This document shows, in pieces, positions 52,837-63,358 of a stretch of DNA of 64,000 nt. The notes below the pieces were generated by a model. The model worked only from the letters and a program-made list of their open reading frames with translations. It ran no database searches and was not told where the DNA came from. The DNA lies in NCBI GenBank assembly GCA_963841735.1, contig CAWJDT010000004.1:256001-320000 (forward strand), written 5' to 3'. Each line of letters starts with the position of its first letter. The first letter of the stretch is position 1. The stretch is from an uncultured Actinomycetes bacterium (GTDB lineage: Bacteria; Actinomycetota; Thermoleophilia; RBG-16-64-13). The position numbers were made by a program, and so were the translations under genes.

Positions 52837-54171
52837 TCAGCTGCCCAGCCCGTGCTGCCAAGCGAACGAATCGATAAGCCCAGACAGACGCGGTTCCGCA
52901 CGCTCGGCCAACTCGTACGCAATCTGAACAAGTGGCTTGTTGATGCTCAGCAACGAGCCAAGCGAAAACGGCGTGGCGCTGACCACTACGTCCGCAGGAA
53001 CAGCATTGATCGTTTCTTCAAGATCGCGTAGCTGCTCCTCGTAGTAACCCACGGCCGGCAATATGGGTCCCAAGTGAGGGTAGGCAGCGTAGGTCGCTTC
53101 TAGGACCCCCTTGGCGTAGGGCCGCGGATCGATAACGGCCGCCGCCCTAAACTCCCGAGCCGCCTCCGCTCCAGCCCCAGTCGGCATACCCCCATGCGTC
53201 AGCGTGGGACCGTCCTCGACCACAAGGACCTTCTTCCCCTTGATCATCCCGCTGTCAGAGGCGGTGATGAGCGTGTCGGTCATCACCACCACCGCATCAG
53301 GGTTGATCTCCCTGATGTTGGCGATCACCCTGTCGATGCTGAGCTGAGGTGCGCTGTTGACCTTGCTGACCACGGCGATGTCGGCGCAGCGCAGGTTCAT
53401 CTCCCCCGGATGATAGGTGAGTTCATGTCCAGGCCGGAAAGGATCCACCACAACTATTGTCAGATCCGACCTCAAAAACGAGAAGTCGTTGTTGCCTCCG
53501 TCCCAGATGATGATGGGAGCTTCCTTCTGTGCCTCCGCGACGACAGCCTGGTAGTCCACACCAGCCCACACCACCAACCCCTTGCGTATGTGGGGCTCGT
53601 AGTCTTCCCGCTCCTCCACAGTGGCCTTCGCCCGGTCAAGGTCATCAAGCGCCGCGAACCGCTGGACTCGCTGAGCAACCAGGTCCCCATACGGCATGGG
53701 GTGACGGATCACGGCAGGGCGGATGCCCTTCTCCATAAGGCGCCCCGCCACGAAACGCGAGGTCGGGCTCTTGCCGGCTCCGGTGCGAGTGGCCAGCACA
53801 GAGATCACCGGCACAGAGCAGGACACAGCTGTGCTGTTGATGCCCAACAACGAGAAATCCGCCCCCGCAGCCAGCACTCGTGAGGCCTGATGCATGACGA
53901 ACTCGTGGGAGACGTCGCTGTAGGCAAACACTACTTCGTCGATAGCCTGCTCCCCAACAAGCGAGTCAAGGGTCGCCTCCGGCACTATTGCGATGCCGTC
54001 GGGATAGAGCGAGCCCGCCAGTTCAGGGGGATACCGACGCCTGTCGATTCGAGGGATCTGCGCGGCGGTGAAGGCCACCACCTCCACCCGCGGATCATCG
54101 CGGAAGACCACATTGAAGTTGTGGAAGTCGCGCCCCGCGGCCCCCATGATGACCACCCGCTTCCGCTTCAC
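52837..54171 (-). CDS. cDPGS-superfamily ATP-dependent ligase, arginine synthetase (ArcE)-type
   Basis: N-terminal GAAGRDFHNFN...AFTAAQIP...YPPELAG, P-loop RTGAGKS, RHPMPYG, WDGGNND and EDGPTLTHGG. Confidence 0.75.
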   Translation of the reverse strand: MKRKRVVIMGAAGRDFHNFNVVFRDDPRVEVVAFTAAQIPRIDRRRYPPELAGSLYPDGIAIVPEATLDSLVGEQAIDEVVFAYSDVSHEFVMHQASRVLAAGADFSLLGINSTAVSCSVPVISVLATRTGAGKSPTSRFVAGRLMEKGIRPAVIRHPMPYGDLVAQRVQRFAALDDLDRAKATVEEREDYEPHIRKGLVVWAGVDYQAVVAEAQKEAPIIIWDGGNNDFSFLRSDLTIVVVDPFRPGHELTYHPGEMNLRCADIAVVSKVNSAPQLSIDRVIANIREINPDAVVVMTDTLITASDSGMIKGKKVLVVEDGPTLTHGGMPTGAGAEAAREFRAAAVIDPRPYAKGVLEATYAAYPHLGPILPAVGYYEEQLRDLEETINAVPADVVVSATPFSLGSLLSINKPLVQIAYELAERAEPRLSGLIDSFAWQHGLGS

Positions 54172-54243
54172 GACGGTCCTCCTGCTCGCGTCCGCTTCCT
54201 GGTCGCTCTTCCTTCGTGCGCCTCGTCAAGCGGCGCAGATATG

Positions 54244-54276
54244 GCGGGGGCTCCTTCCATAGGAAGGAGCCCCCGC
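54244..54276 (-). terminator. Strong hairpin immediately 3' of rnpB
   Basis: GCGGGGGCTCCTTCC/GGAAGGAGCCCCCGC 15-bp stem; no U-tract. Confidence 0.6.
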
Positions 54277-54795
54277 GGTAGCAGCCCTATAAGCCGGATT
54301 CTGTCCCAAGGCTGCTGGAAACTGAAGCCCCGGCCCTCAGATCGCGCTGGGCGGCAGGATAACACGTCCTCAGTCGCGCCAATAGCGCTGCTATTGGCGC
54401 TCCCTGCGTCCTTCTCTCCCGCTTGCCCATCACACTCTGACCGCGAAGCGTCACTTCCCAGCAGCCTCTTGGATAGCCATCTATCTCGGCCGCCCGTTGC
54501 CGGACGGCTCATGCGGCCAACCCGAAGGCTTCGGGCGAGCAGCCCTCAAACGCCTCCCTATTCGGCCTTGCACCGGGTGGGGCTTGCCTGGCCGCCGTGT
54601 CACCACGGCGCCGGTGCGCTCTTACCGCACCATTTCACCTTCGCAGCCGGACCTGCCGGCTTGCTGTGTAATTTCTGTGGCGCTTTCCCTGGGGTTTCCC
54701 CCGCTGGACGTTATCCAGCACCCTGCTCTATGGTGTCCGGACTTTCCTCGAAGACCCACGCTAGGTGAGTCCCCGCGACTACCCGGGCTGCTTCC
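54277..54795 (-). ncRNA. rnpB: RNase P RNA (type A) with greatly extended P19
   Basis: GAGGAAAGTCCGG, AGCGCCACAGAAA, GGTAAGAG, GCAAGGCC and ACAGAATCCGGCTTAT; P1 GCAGCCC/GGGCTGC; -10 TATACT at 54798-54803. Confidence 0.95.
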
Positions 54796-54809
54796 GGAGT
54801 ATAGCGCTT

Positions 54810-55847
54810 CTATAGGTCGTCACCATCCAAGAACTGTTTCGCAAGAGCGGTGCGCTCCGGGATAGGAAACGCCTTTGCAAAATGACAGGCTGCCTGGTGC
54901 CCGTTACCCACCAGGCTGAGTCCCGGCTCCTGCTCCTCGCATATGGGGAACTGAGCGATGGGGCAGCGGGTGTGGAACCGGCAGCCTTTGGGAGGATCGA
55001 TGGGGCTCGGTAGGTCACCGAGCAAGACGATGCGATCCCGCGCCCGCTGTCTCTCGGGGTCAGGGACGGGAGCCGCCGACAAGAGCGACTGCGTATAGGG
55101 ATGGTTGGGGCTGTCGTAGACCTCCTTCCACCCCCCCAGCTCAACGATCTTTCCCAGATACATCACGGCAACACGATCACAGATGTGCCGGACCACCGCC
55201 AAATCGTGTGCAATGAACAGATAGGTCAAGCCGAACTGGTTCCGGAGACTCTCAAGCAGGTTGAGAATCTGCGCCTGGACCGAAACGTCCAGGGCCGAAA
55301 CCGGCTCGTCACACACGATCATCTTGGGCCTGAGCATCAAGGCCCGAGCGATGCCCACCCGCTGCCGCTGCCCACCGGAGAACTCGTGGGGATACCTGTG
55401 GATATGCTCGGGGTTGAGCCCTACCACCTCCAACATCTCCAGACAGCGAGCGTCGCGCTCTCTTCTGGTCCCGATCCCATGTATCACCAGCGGTTCCGCC
55501 ATGATCTCACCGAAGGTCATGCGAGGATTCAATGAGGCATACGGATCCTGGAAGATGAACTGCACTTCCCGCCTGTAGGCCTTCAGCCTCTTGCCCCGCA
55601 GCTTGCGCACGTCGGTTTCCTCATAACGAATGCTGCCCGCCGTGGGCTCCAGAAGCCTGTTGACACACCTCCCGGTAGTCGACTTACCGCAACCGGATTC
55701 TCCTACCAAGCCTAAGGTCTCCCCCTCCTCTACCGAGAGCGACACGTCATCCACGGCTTTTACCGTCTTGCCCAAATGGGATAGAAGCACTCCTTCCCTT
55801 ACCGGGAAGTACTTCTTCAGCTCTTCAATTCGCAGAAGCGTCGCCAT
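54810..55847 (-). CDS. oppF: Oligopeptide/dipeptide ABC transporter ATPase (OppF/DppF)
   Basis: [24 protein letters not shown] and GCRFHTRC. Confidence 0.92.
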   Translation of the reverse strand: MATLLRIEELKKYFPVREGVLLSHLGKTVKAVDDVSLSVEEGETLGLVGESGCGKSTTGRCVNRLLEPTAGSIRYEETDVRKLRGKRLKAYRREVQFIFQDPYASLNPRMTFGEIMAEPLVIHGIGTRRERDARCLEMLEVVGLNPEHIHRYPHEFSGGQRQRVGIARALMLRPKMIVCDEPVSALDVSVQAQILNLLESLRNQFGLTYLFIAHDLAVVRHICDRVAVMYLGKIVELGGWKEVYDSPNHPYTQSLLSAAPVPDPERQRARDRIVLLGDLPSPIDPPKGCRFHTRCPIAQFPICEEQEPGLSLVGNGHQAACHFAKAFPIPERTALAKQFLDGDDL

Positions 55848-56885
55848 CTACTCGCCCATCCCGGAGTCAGCGCTCTCGAGGCGCACGCGGTTATCGAACT
55901 GACGCACGAAATCGACATCTCGCGCAAACAGACAAGAGGAGTAGTGTCCTCGGTCGATCTCTACCACCCCAGTCTCTGTGGTCTCACACTCCGGCTTCGC
56001 AAACGAGCACCGAGGATGGAAAGCGCACCCTGGCGGTAGATGTATCAAGCTGGGAGGCTGGCCCTTGATGGGATGCAGGAGCCCCTTGTCCTCCACGTCA
56101 TGCCGCGGCAGGCTGTCCAGCAGACCCCAGGTGTACGGATGCCGCGGGTTGTAGAAGACCTCGTCCGCCGGCCCGTACTCAACGGCCTTCCCTGCGTACA
56201 TGACCAGGATCTGGTCGGCCATATCGGCCACCACCCCAAGATCGTGGGTAACAAGAATGATGGCCAATCCACTCTCCCGTTGGATCTCCTGCATGAGTTC
56301 GATGATCTGGGCCTGGATGGTCACGTCCAATGCCGTGGTGGGCTCGTCGGCTATTAGGATGTCTGGTCCGCAGGCCAACGCCATCGCTATCATGACCCGC
56401 TGGCGCATACCACCTGAGAACTCATGGGGATAGTCGCGAGCGCGCTGCTCCGCCTGCGGTATGCCGACACTCCGGAGTAACTTCACCGCTGCCGCCCAGG
56501 CCTCCTTGCGCGTCATGTCTCTGTGCAGACGCAGCGGCTCCGCCACCTGCTTTCCAATGCGCTGCACCGGATTCAGCGACGTCATAGAATCCTGAAAGAC
56601 CATCGCGATCCGGTCACCACGTAGCTTGCTCTGGGCCTTCACGCTCGCTGCGAGGATGCTCTGCCCCTTGAAACGAATATCCCCGCTTACCACCTTGCCC
56701 GGCGGTTCGGGGACAAGGCGCATGATAGACAGCGCGGTCACCGACTTACCCGATCCCGACTCTCCGACCACCCCAAGCGTCCGCCCGGCCTCAAGGGTAA
56801 AGCTGAGGCCATCGACGGCCTTGACGACCCCATCCCTGGTCAAGAAGTGCATGCTCAGGTTGTCGACTTCAAGAAGAGGGTGCAC
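55848..56885 (-). CDS. oppD: Oligopeptide/dipeptide ABC transporter ATPase (OppD/DppD)
   Basis: [16 protein letters not shown] and DEPTTALD. Confidence 0.92.
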   Translation of the reverse strand: MHPLLEVDNLSMHFLTRDGVVKAVDGLSFTLEAGRTLGVVGESGSGKSVTALSIMRLVPEPPGKVVSGDIRFKGQSILAASVKAQSKLRGDRIAMVFQDSMTSLNPVQRIGKQVAEPLRLHRDMTRKEAWAAAVKLLRSVGIPQAEQRARDYPHEFSGGMRQRVMIAMALACGPDILIADEPTTALDVTIQAQIIELMQEIQRESGLAIILVTHDLGVVADMADQILVMYAGKAVEYGPADEVFYNPRHPYTWGLLDSLPRHDVEDKGLLHPIKGQPPSLIHLPPGCAFHPRCSFAKPECETTETGVVEIDRGHYSSCLFARDVDFVRQFDNRVRLESADSGMGE

Positions 56886-56891
56886 TGCTCG

Positions 56892-57815
56892 CTACTCCTT
56901 CATCTTCACATCGAGAGCGTCGCGCAGTCCATCACCTAGCAGCACAAAGCCCAACACAGTGGTGAGGATCGCTATACCCGGATAGATCATCAGCCAGGGG
57001 TACGACAGCATCGACGACCGAGCCTCAGAAAGCATTAGGCCCCACGAAGGCTCTGGCGGCTGCACCCCTATCCCCAAGAAGCTTAGGGCCGCCTCGGCAA
57101 GTATGGCTCCTCCGACGCTCATCGTCCCATAGACGATGATCGGAGCCACCGAATTGGGCATGATGTGACGCACCAGTATCCGCCAGGTTGAAGCGCCTAG
57201 AGAGCGCGCGGCATCCACGTACTCGTTCTCTTTCACGGAAAGGATCGAACTGCGAAAGACCCTCGCGATGCTTGGCCACCCGAGTATCCCGATAGCAATG
57301 ACCACATTCCAGAAGCTCTTCCCCAAAAGAGCCACCAAGATCACTGCGAGCAATAGATACGGGAAGGCAAAGAAGACGTCCGCGGTCCTCATGATGATGG
57401 CGTCCCATATCCCACCGTAGTAGGCGGCAAGTGCTCCCGCAATAAGCCCGATGAACACCATGATGCCCACCGCAACCACACCGACTATCAAGGACTTCTG
57501 GGCACCGTAGACAACCCGGGAGGCTACGTCGCGCCCCAGCTTGTCGGTGCCGAAGGGGTGCTCCCACGACGGCGACAGCAACCTCAATTCGACCACCGTC
57601 TCGGAGTCGACCTTGATGGGGTCACCCAATACCCGCGGCGCCCATAAATCGGCGGTAACGGCCACAAGGATGACAATGACGATCCATACCAACCCTATGA
57701 GGGCCAACTTGTTCTTCCTCAGGCGACGGAAGGCATCGCCGCGCAGGGTACGGCCCTTCACGGACCCGCTCGATCGCGGTCTCCTCCACCATCTCTTGCC
57801 CATGCCGGCCATCAA
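56892..57815 (-). CDS. oppC: Oligopeptide ABC transporter permease (OppC)
   Basis: HPFGTDKLGRD, EYVDAARSLG and LGDGLRDALD. Confidence 0.92.
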   Translation of the reverse strand: MMAGMGKRWWRRPRSSGSVKGRTLRGDAFRRLRKNKLALIGLVWIVIVILVAVTADLWAPRVLGDPIKVDSETVVELRLLSPSWEHPFGTDKLGRDVASRVVYGAQKSLIVGVVAVGIMVFIGLIAGALAAYYGGIWDAIIMRTADVFFAFPYLLLAVILVALLGKSFWNVVIAIGILGWPSIARVFRSSILSVKENEYVDAARSLGASTWRILVRHIMPNSVAPIIVYGTMSVGGAILAEAALSFLGIGVQPPEPSWGLMLSEARSSMLSYPWLMIYPGIAILTTVLGFVLLGDGLRDALDVKMKE

Positions 57816-58783
57816 GCCGCCCGGCGCCCATAGCGGATGCGCGGATCGAGAAACGCGTAGCTAGCGTCGACTATGAGGTTGATCACCATCACCAGGAATA
57901 CGATAACGATCACCCCGCCCATCACTATGGGCCAATCTCTGGCGCCGATCGCCAAGAATAGCTCGTACCCCACACCTGGCCACTGGAACACCGTCTCTGT
58001 AAGAACCGTGCCTCCCACCATGGCGCCAAGGTCAATACCCAGAAATGTGATCACCGGAATCAAGGCGTTCTTCATGCCGTGTCTCCAGATGACTTGGCTG
58101 TTAGACAGCCCCTTCGCAGCAGCCGTACGCATGTAGTCCTGCCCCATGACCTCCAACAGTTGACTGCGCATGATCCGGGCCGCATATGCCGTGGACACGG
58201 CGGCTAGGGTAACGGCCGGAAGGATGATGTGTGCGATGGCGGGAAACTCAGACGACGTCATGCGAGAAATCGGCAGATATGGCAGCCCCCACTGTTTGAA
58301 TTTGAGGCCAAATAGTATCTGCAAGAGCATCCCGAACCAGAACACGGGCAGCGACACAAGGACTGACGTGCTGAACGTCACGAGGACATCCCAGAACGAA
58401 TAGCGCCCAACAGCGGATATCACCCCAGCGAAGATGCCAAACAGCATCTCGATAAGAACAGCCGCCGCTGCCAACTTCAGCGTGTTTGGAAACTTTTCAA
58501 TAAGGATATTCGTAACCGGGCGGTTCTTCTGGAAGGACGTACCGAGATCACCGTGGAAGAGATCCCGCATGTATAGGCCGTATTGCACGTAACCCGGCTT
58601 GTCCAACCCATGATCTTCTACTATCTGGTTGTACAGCGTTTCGCTGATGGCCTTTTCGCCCGTGATCATCCTCACTGGGTCCCCACCCAACAGGCCCGGC
58701 GTTCGGAGGATGAACAGCATGATGGTGACCCCGATGAAGACCGGGATCATCTGGAGGAGGCGGCGAACGATGTAGCCAATCAC
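57812..58783 (-). CDS. oppB: Oligopeptide ABC transporter permease (OppB)
   Basis: YIVRRLL, GDLGTS, DYMRTAAAKG and LDPRIR; start uncertain. Confidence 0.92.
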   Translation of the reverse strand: MIGYIVRRLLQMIPVFIGVTIMLFILRTPGLLGGDPVRMITGEKAISETLYNQIVEDHGLDKPGYVQYGLYMRDLFHGDLGTSFQKNRPVTNILIEKFPNTLKLAAAAVLIEMLFGIFAGVISAVGRYSFWDVLVTFSTSVLVSLPVFWFGMLLQILFGLKFKQWGLPYLPISRMTSSEFPAIAHIILPAVTLAAVSTAYAARIMRSQLLEVMGQDYMRTAAAKGLSNSQVIWRHGMKNALIPVITFLGIDLGAMVGGTVLTETVFQWPGVGYELFLAIGARDWPIVMGGVIVIVFLVMVINLIVDASYAFLDPRIRYGRRAA

Positions 58784-58889
58784 GTCGACCACCGCAATGC
58801 TGCCCCCGACATAAGTGTTGCCGCGGGACACCCCACGGTGCTTCCTGTCGCGACCAACCTAGGCGACGCAGCGCGCACTGACTACCGGG

Positions 58890-60554
58890 CTACTCTTGAA
58901 CGATCCACGCTTTGTCGAGATTGTAGAGGGTCTGCGGGCTATAGACGAGACCGCGAACCCTATCAGAACCAACAGCGCGGTGGCCGTAGGTAACGACAGG
59001 GATTACCGGAGAAGCTTCACCCACGATCCTGTCAATCGCCTGATAGGCCGCGATGCGCTCCTCTGTGTCGGCTATCGAGCGAGCCGCCACAAGAGCCTCG
59101 TCTACGGCCGGGTCGACCCAGAAGGCATTGTTGTCCGCGCTGCTGGAGAGAAACAACGGATATAGGAAGTTGTCCATGATCGGGTAGTCCACTCCCCAGC
59201 CTAGACGTGCAACCTGATAGTTCGCAGCATCCATCGTATCCAGGTATTGAGCCAACTCCTCGGAGTCAAGCTTGGTGTTGACTCCGATTGCCTCCCAATC
59301 GGACTTGATCAACGCCATTACATCTTCGTGACCGGTACCGCTGTTGAAAGTAAGAGCGATCTCGGGGAGGCCTTCTCCGTTGGGATAGCCGGCCTCTACC
59401 AGTTTGGCCTTGGCGGCCTCCCTGTCGAATTTGCAGTATGGCCACTCGTTGGGCACGTAGCCGGAGATCCCCGGAGGAATCAAACCCGTGGCCGCCTGGC
59501 GTGTACCTTCGAATACGGACATGGCTATGGCATCGCGATTGATGGCCAAAGATAACGCCTGCCGCAAGGCAACATTACCCAGCACCTTATCGGTGCACTT
59601 GATGGACATAAAGTAGGTGGAGACCTCGGGGCCCCATAGGAATTGCCTGCCCGGGGCCACCTCCAGACCGTCGCTGCTCTTTCCATACTCCGCTTCGGCA
59701 ACCGCTATCTGGGCGCTCGGCACAATGCACATGTCAAGGTTGCCCGCCAGGAACTCCAAGTAGGCAGTATCTTCATCCTGAAAGATCATGAAGTCCACGC
59801 CGTCAGCGTGGGCCTTACCCCCATAGTAGTCGTCAAAGCGCACCACCTTGATGTACTGGTCATGCGCCCACGGCTCGGCCATTTTGAACGGGCCGTTGCC
59901 AATGGGCATTTCCGAGAACCCTTGGGGATCTGCCTCCACCGCGGCCTTCGGAACAGGACCCAGCCCCGGATGGCCAACAACGTACTCGAAGTCACCAAAC
60001 CCATACGAGAGAGTGACCTCAAGGGTAGTCTCATCGACAGCCTTCACACCTTCAAGCTCGGTGACGGTGCCGTCCTGCATAGCGTCGTAGCCCTTCACGG
60101 CCGCAAGGTGATACGAGATCTCGGACAGATTGGCTGGGTTGCACATACGTTCCCACGCGTATTTGAAGTCCGCGGCAGTTACCGTGCTGCCGTCGTGGAA
60201 CTTCGTGCCTTCGCGCAAATGGAAGGTCCAAACCGTAGCATCCTCGTTAGCCGACCACGATTCCGCCACCGAAGCCAGCAGGGCGCCGGTCTTCACATCG
60301 AACGTGACAAGACTATCGAAGAGACAGTCACCAACCTGGACCCCCAATTCCTCCTGCAAGTTCAAGGGGTCGATGAAGGCAGGGTCGGAGGCGAGAGCCA
60401 CCCTGAACGTCCCACCGTCGTCGGCCTCCTCGCCGCCGCCGATCGCGCTACCAGAGCCGCTCGTACCGCCGTCGCCACAGGCGGCCAAGGCCCATACTGC
60501 CGCGCCGAGAACAACCACCAGAGTCAGTGCATGCCAAAGTCGCTTCTCGACCAC
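58890..60554 (-). CDS. oppA: Peptide ABC transporter substrate-binding lipoprotein (family 5)
   Basis: Lipobox LAAC, WTFHLREGTKFHDG, GNGPFK and RQALSLAINR. Confidence 0.9.
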   Translation of the reverse strand: MVEKRLWHALTLVVVLGAAVWALAACGDGGTSGSGSAIGGGEEADDGGTFRVALASDPAFIDPLNLQEELGVQVGDCLFDSLVTFDVKTGALLASVAESWSANEDATVWTFHLREGTKFHDGSTVTAADFKYAWERMCNPANLSEISYHLAAVKGYDAMQDGTVTELEGVKAVDETTLEVTLSYGFGDFEYVVGHPGLGPVPKAAVEADPQGFSEMPIGNGPFKMAEPWAHDQYIKVVRFDDYYGGKAHADGVDFMIFQDEDTAYLEFLAGNLDMCIVPSAQIAVAEAEYGKSSDGLEVAPGRQFLWGPEVSTYFMSIKCTDKVLGNVALRQALSLAINRDAIAMSVFEGTRQAATGLIPPGISGYVPNEWPYCKFDREAAKAKLVEAGYPNGEGLPEIALTFNSGTGHEDVMALIKSDWEAIGVNTKLDSEELAQYLDTMDAANYQVARLGWGVDYPIMDNFLYPLFLSSSADNNAFWVDPAVDEALVAARSIADTEERIAAYQAIDRIVGEASPVIPVVTYGHRAVGSDRVRGLVYSPQTLYNLDKAWIVQE

Positions 60555-60665
60555 CAGATTACTCCCCTCCATCGTTAGCGTGAACCTCAGGCCAACCCAT
60601 CGCACCGTCGCTCCGGACGCTCGGCTTTCCCGCTATCCTGGTCCACGTGCCAGCCTACTCTAAAG

Positions 60666-60899
60666 TCAGCCCTGCATGAGGTAGGCCAGAGCTATCGAAA
60701 CCGCGATGAAGGCCACCGAGCATGCTACTGTCAAACGGTCGAGGTTCTTCTGCACCACACCGCCGCCGCTGGCGCCGCCGCTTCCACCGAACATGGAAGA
60801 GAGTCCGGCATCTTTACCCGAATGAAGAAACACCAACACCACCACGGCCACGCCGATGATGATATCCAGTGCAACCAGGACGTACTTGATCGCGTTCAA
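60666..60899 (-). CDS. secG: Preprotein translocase subunit SecG
   Basis: LHSGKDAGLSSMFGG...KNLDRLT; two TM helices; follows tpiA/gpmI. Confidence 0.92.
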   Translation of the reverse strand: MNAIKYVLVALDIIIGVAVVVLVFLHSGKDAGLSSMFGGSGGASGGGVVQKNLDRLTVACSVAFIAVSIALAYLMQG

Positions 60900-61020
60900 C
60901 CGACACAACCTCTCCACATCGTAATTTTGTCTACGCTAGGTACCCATTTTCCACATACTACCCCGTAAACTGAGGGTAAGGTACCACCGAGCCGCCGCTT
61001 TGTGTACACACTATTCTCAT

Positions 61021-62574
61021 TCACCGAGAGCACAGCGACCTGCCGGTCATCTCGACGGGGGCAGGCAGTCCCATGAAACACAGCAACGTCGGAGCCACGT
61101 CGGCCAGGCCGGCTCCCTCGCGCAGGGTCACATCGCGGTCACGTACGATCAACGGCACCTTCCCCATGCTGTGTGAGGTATTGACGCTGCCATCGGCCTC
61201 AAGCATCCGCTCGGCGTTCCCGTGATCGGACGTCACAATCACCTGAGCGCCCACCCGGTCAAGGGCCGCCAGAACCCGCGCGAGACAACGATCGACGTGC
61301 CCCACCGCCTCGACGGCAGCTCCCACGTTGCCGGTGTGGGCCACCATGTCCGGATTGGCGAAATTGAGCACCACGAAATCCGCGGGGTCAACCGCCATCA
61401 TCTCTTCGAGGGCCGCGACCACCTCGTAGGCGCTCATTGCCGGCTTCTGGTCGTACGTGTCCACTTCTTTTGGTGAGGGGATGAGTCTGCGCACCTCACC
61501 GGGAAACGGCTCTTCGCGCCCGCCGTTGAAGAAGAAGGTTACGTGCGCGTATTTCTCGGTCTCGGCGATATGGAGTTGGCTCAGTCCCGCCCTGCTAATA
61601 ACCTCGGCCAACACATTGCGAGGCTCCTCCTTGGGAAAGGCCACCGCCAACCGCAGCGCAGGGTCGTACTCCGTCATCCCGACAAAGTCCACCGTCGGAG
61701 CGGGCCCTCCCCGGTCGAAACCGGCGAAAGCGGTCTGGGTCAAAGCGGCCGTTATCTCCCGGGCGCGATCGGGCCTAAAGTTGAAGAAGACCACGCCGTC
61801 TCCTTCGCCGACGCGAGACTCCGGGCGGTCGCACACGATAGTGGGCAGGATGAACTCGTCGGTCTCCTCGCGTCCATATGAATCCCGCACGGCGGTCCGA
61901 CCGTCCGGTGCCCGCAACCCCTCGTCGCGCACCAAAGCGTCATATGCAAGCTTGACGCGTTCCCAGCGCTTGTCGCGGTCCATGGCGTAGTAGCGGCCGC
62001 AGATGGTCGCGATCTCTCCCAACCCCGCGCCCGCCAGAAGGGCCTCCAGGTCGTTCACATAATCCTGGCCGGCAGTGGGAGAAGTGTCGCGGCCATCGGT
62101 GAAGGCGTGAACGAACAGACTCCCCACCCCACGCTGTTTGGCCATGGCGACTAGAGCCTCAACGTGGCCCATGGCAGAGTGTACGCCGGCGTCGGACAGA
62201 AGCCCCATGAAATGCAATGAGGTTCTTCGTTCTACTACCCCGTCCATGACAGCCACCAACGGGGCGTTGTCGAAGAACGACCCGTCAGCTATGGCCCTGT
62301 TGATGCGGGAAAGGTCCTGGTAGATGATCCGCCCCGATCCCAGCGTCAGGTGGCCCACTTCCGAGTTACCCATGACGCCAGCGGGAAGACCCACCGCCTC
62401 CCCGCTCGCTTCAAGGAAGACGTGGGGATACCCAGCCCACAGCGAATCCCAGGTGGGAGTGTCCGCCAAGGCGATCGCGTTGCCTGGACCGGACCGTGCG
62501 AACCCCCAACCGTCCAAGATGATGAGAGCCGCCCGCCGCACTTCCGCGCCCCCGGGGGCGGCCACAGAGCTCAC
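61021..62574 (-). CDS. gpmI: 2,3-bisphosphoglycerate-independent phosphoglycerate mutase
   Basis: ILDGWG, MGNSEVGH, DGRDT, GRYYAMDRD and AETEKYAH. Confidence 0.97.
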   Translation of the reverse strand: MSSVAAPGGAEVRRAALIILDGWGFARSGPGNAIALADTPTWDSLWAGYPHVFLEASGEAVGLPAGVMGNSEVGHLTLGSGRIIYQDLSRINRAIADGSFFDNAPLVAVMDGVVERRTSLHFMGLLSDAGVHSAMGHVEALVAMAKQRGVGSLFVHAFTDGRDTSPTAGQDYVNDLEALLAGAGLGEIATICGRYYAMDRDKRWERVKLAYDALVRDEGLRAPDGRTAVRDSYGREETDEFILPTIVCDRPESRVGEGDGVVFFNFRPDRAREITAALTQTAFAGFDRGGPAPTVDFVGMTEYDPALRLAVAFPKEEPRNVLAEVISRAGLSQLHIAETEKYAHVTFFFNGGREEPFPGEVRRLIPSPKEVDTYDQKPAMSAYEVVAALEEMMAVDPADFVVLNFANPDMVAHTGNVGAAVEAVGHVDRCLARVLAALDRVGAQVIVTSDHGNAERMLEADGSVNTSHSMGKVPLIVRDRDVTLREGAGLADVAPTLLCFMGLPAPVEMTGRSLCSR

Positions 62575-63353
62575 CTGGCCTCGTACTGTACGATCCGGGC
62601 GAAAGAGCCCACCTGCAGACTGGCTCCTCCCACCAACACACCGTCGACGTCCGGCAGGCTCATTAGCTCATCGATATTGTGCGGCCCCACGCTCCCCCCA
62701 TATACGATGCGGATCTTCGCGGCCGCTTCCGAACCGAGGGCAGCGCTCACCTGTTCGCGGATAAATGCCATGGTCGCCTGTGCTATCTCGGGGGTGGCCG
62801 TCTTGCCGGTGCCGATCGCCCAGATCGGCTCGTATGCAATGGCGATGCTGCCAACGTCTTCCGGGCGCACGGAGGCCAGACCTGCCGGCACCTGCCTGCC
62901 GAGCACGGCTTCAGTCGCTTCCCCCTCGCGCTCCTCTTCACTCTCGCCCACACACATTATGGCCAGGAGGCCGCGCTCCAGCGTAGCCCAGACCTTCTTG
63001 GCGACCCCTTCGTCGGTCTCGCCGAAATACTGACGTCGCTCGGAATGCCCGATAATGGCGCCCTTGACTCCCAGGTCGGCAAGCATCGAGGCAGACACTT
63101 CGCCCGTGTAAGCGCCTTCCCACTCCCAGAACACGTCTTGCGCCACAATGGACGCACACGTACCCTCCGCGGCTTTCACAGCCTCGTACAAACCGGTGAA
63201 TGGTGGAGCGACCATCACCTGACGGCCGGCGGCGCCGCCCAGCTCCCGCGCCAACTCGCTCACGAATGTGGCACCCTCGGCGCTCGTTTTGAACATCTTC
63301 CAGTTGCCCACTATCAGCGGCACTCTCGCCGCCTGCTGCTCTCGTTTGGTCAT
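62571..63353 (-). CDS. tpiA: Triosephosphate isomerase
   Basis: GNWKM, GHSERR, AYEPIWAIGTG and VGGASL; true start ATG 63353. Confidence 0.97.
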   Translation of the reverse strand: MTKREQQAARVPLIVGNWKMFKTSAEGATFVSELARELGGAAGRQVMVAPPFTGLYEAVKAAEGTCASIVAQDVFWEWEGAYTGEVSASMLADLGVKGAIIGHSERRQYFGETDEGVAKKVWATLERGLLAIMCVGESEEEREGEATEAVLGRQVPAGLASVRPEDVGSIAIAYEPIWAIGTGKTATPEIAQATMAFIREQVSAALGSEAAAKIRIVYGGSVGPHNIDELMSLPDVDGVLVGGASLQVGSFARIVQYEAR

Positions 63354-63358
63354 CTCGC

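Noticed and set aside
54168-54865. ORFs 54168-54512(-), 54497-54865(+) and 53890-54768(+)
   Set aside because: They overlap RNase P RNA and show no protein motifs.
60910-61010. DnaA-box-like 9-mers (TTTTCCACA etc.) and the TGTGTACACA palindrome upstream of secG
   Set aside because: Only one near-consensus box; another is just the SD complement; no origin context.
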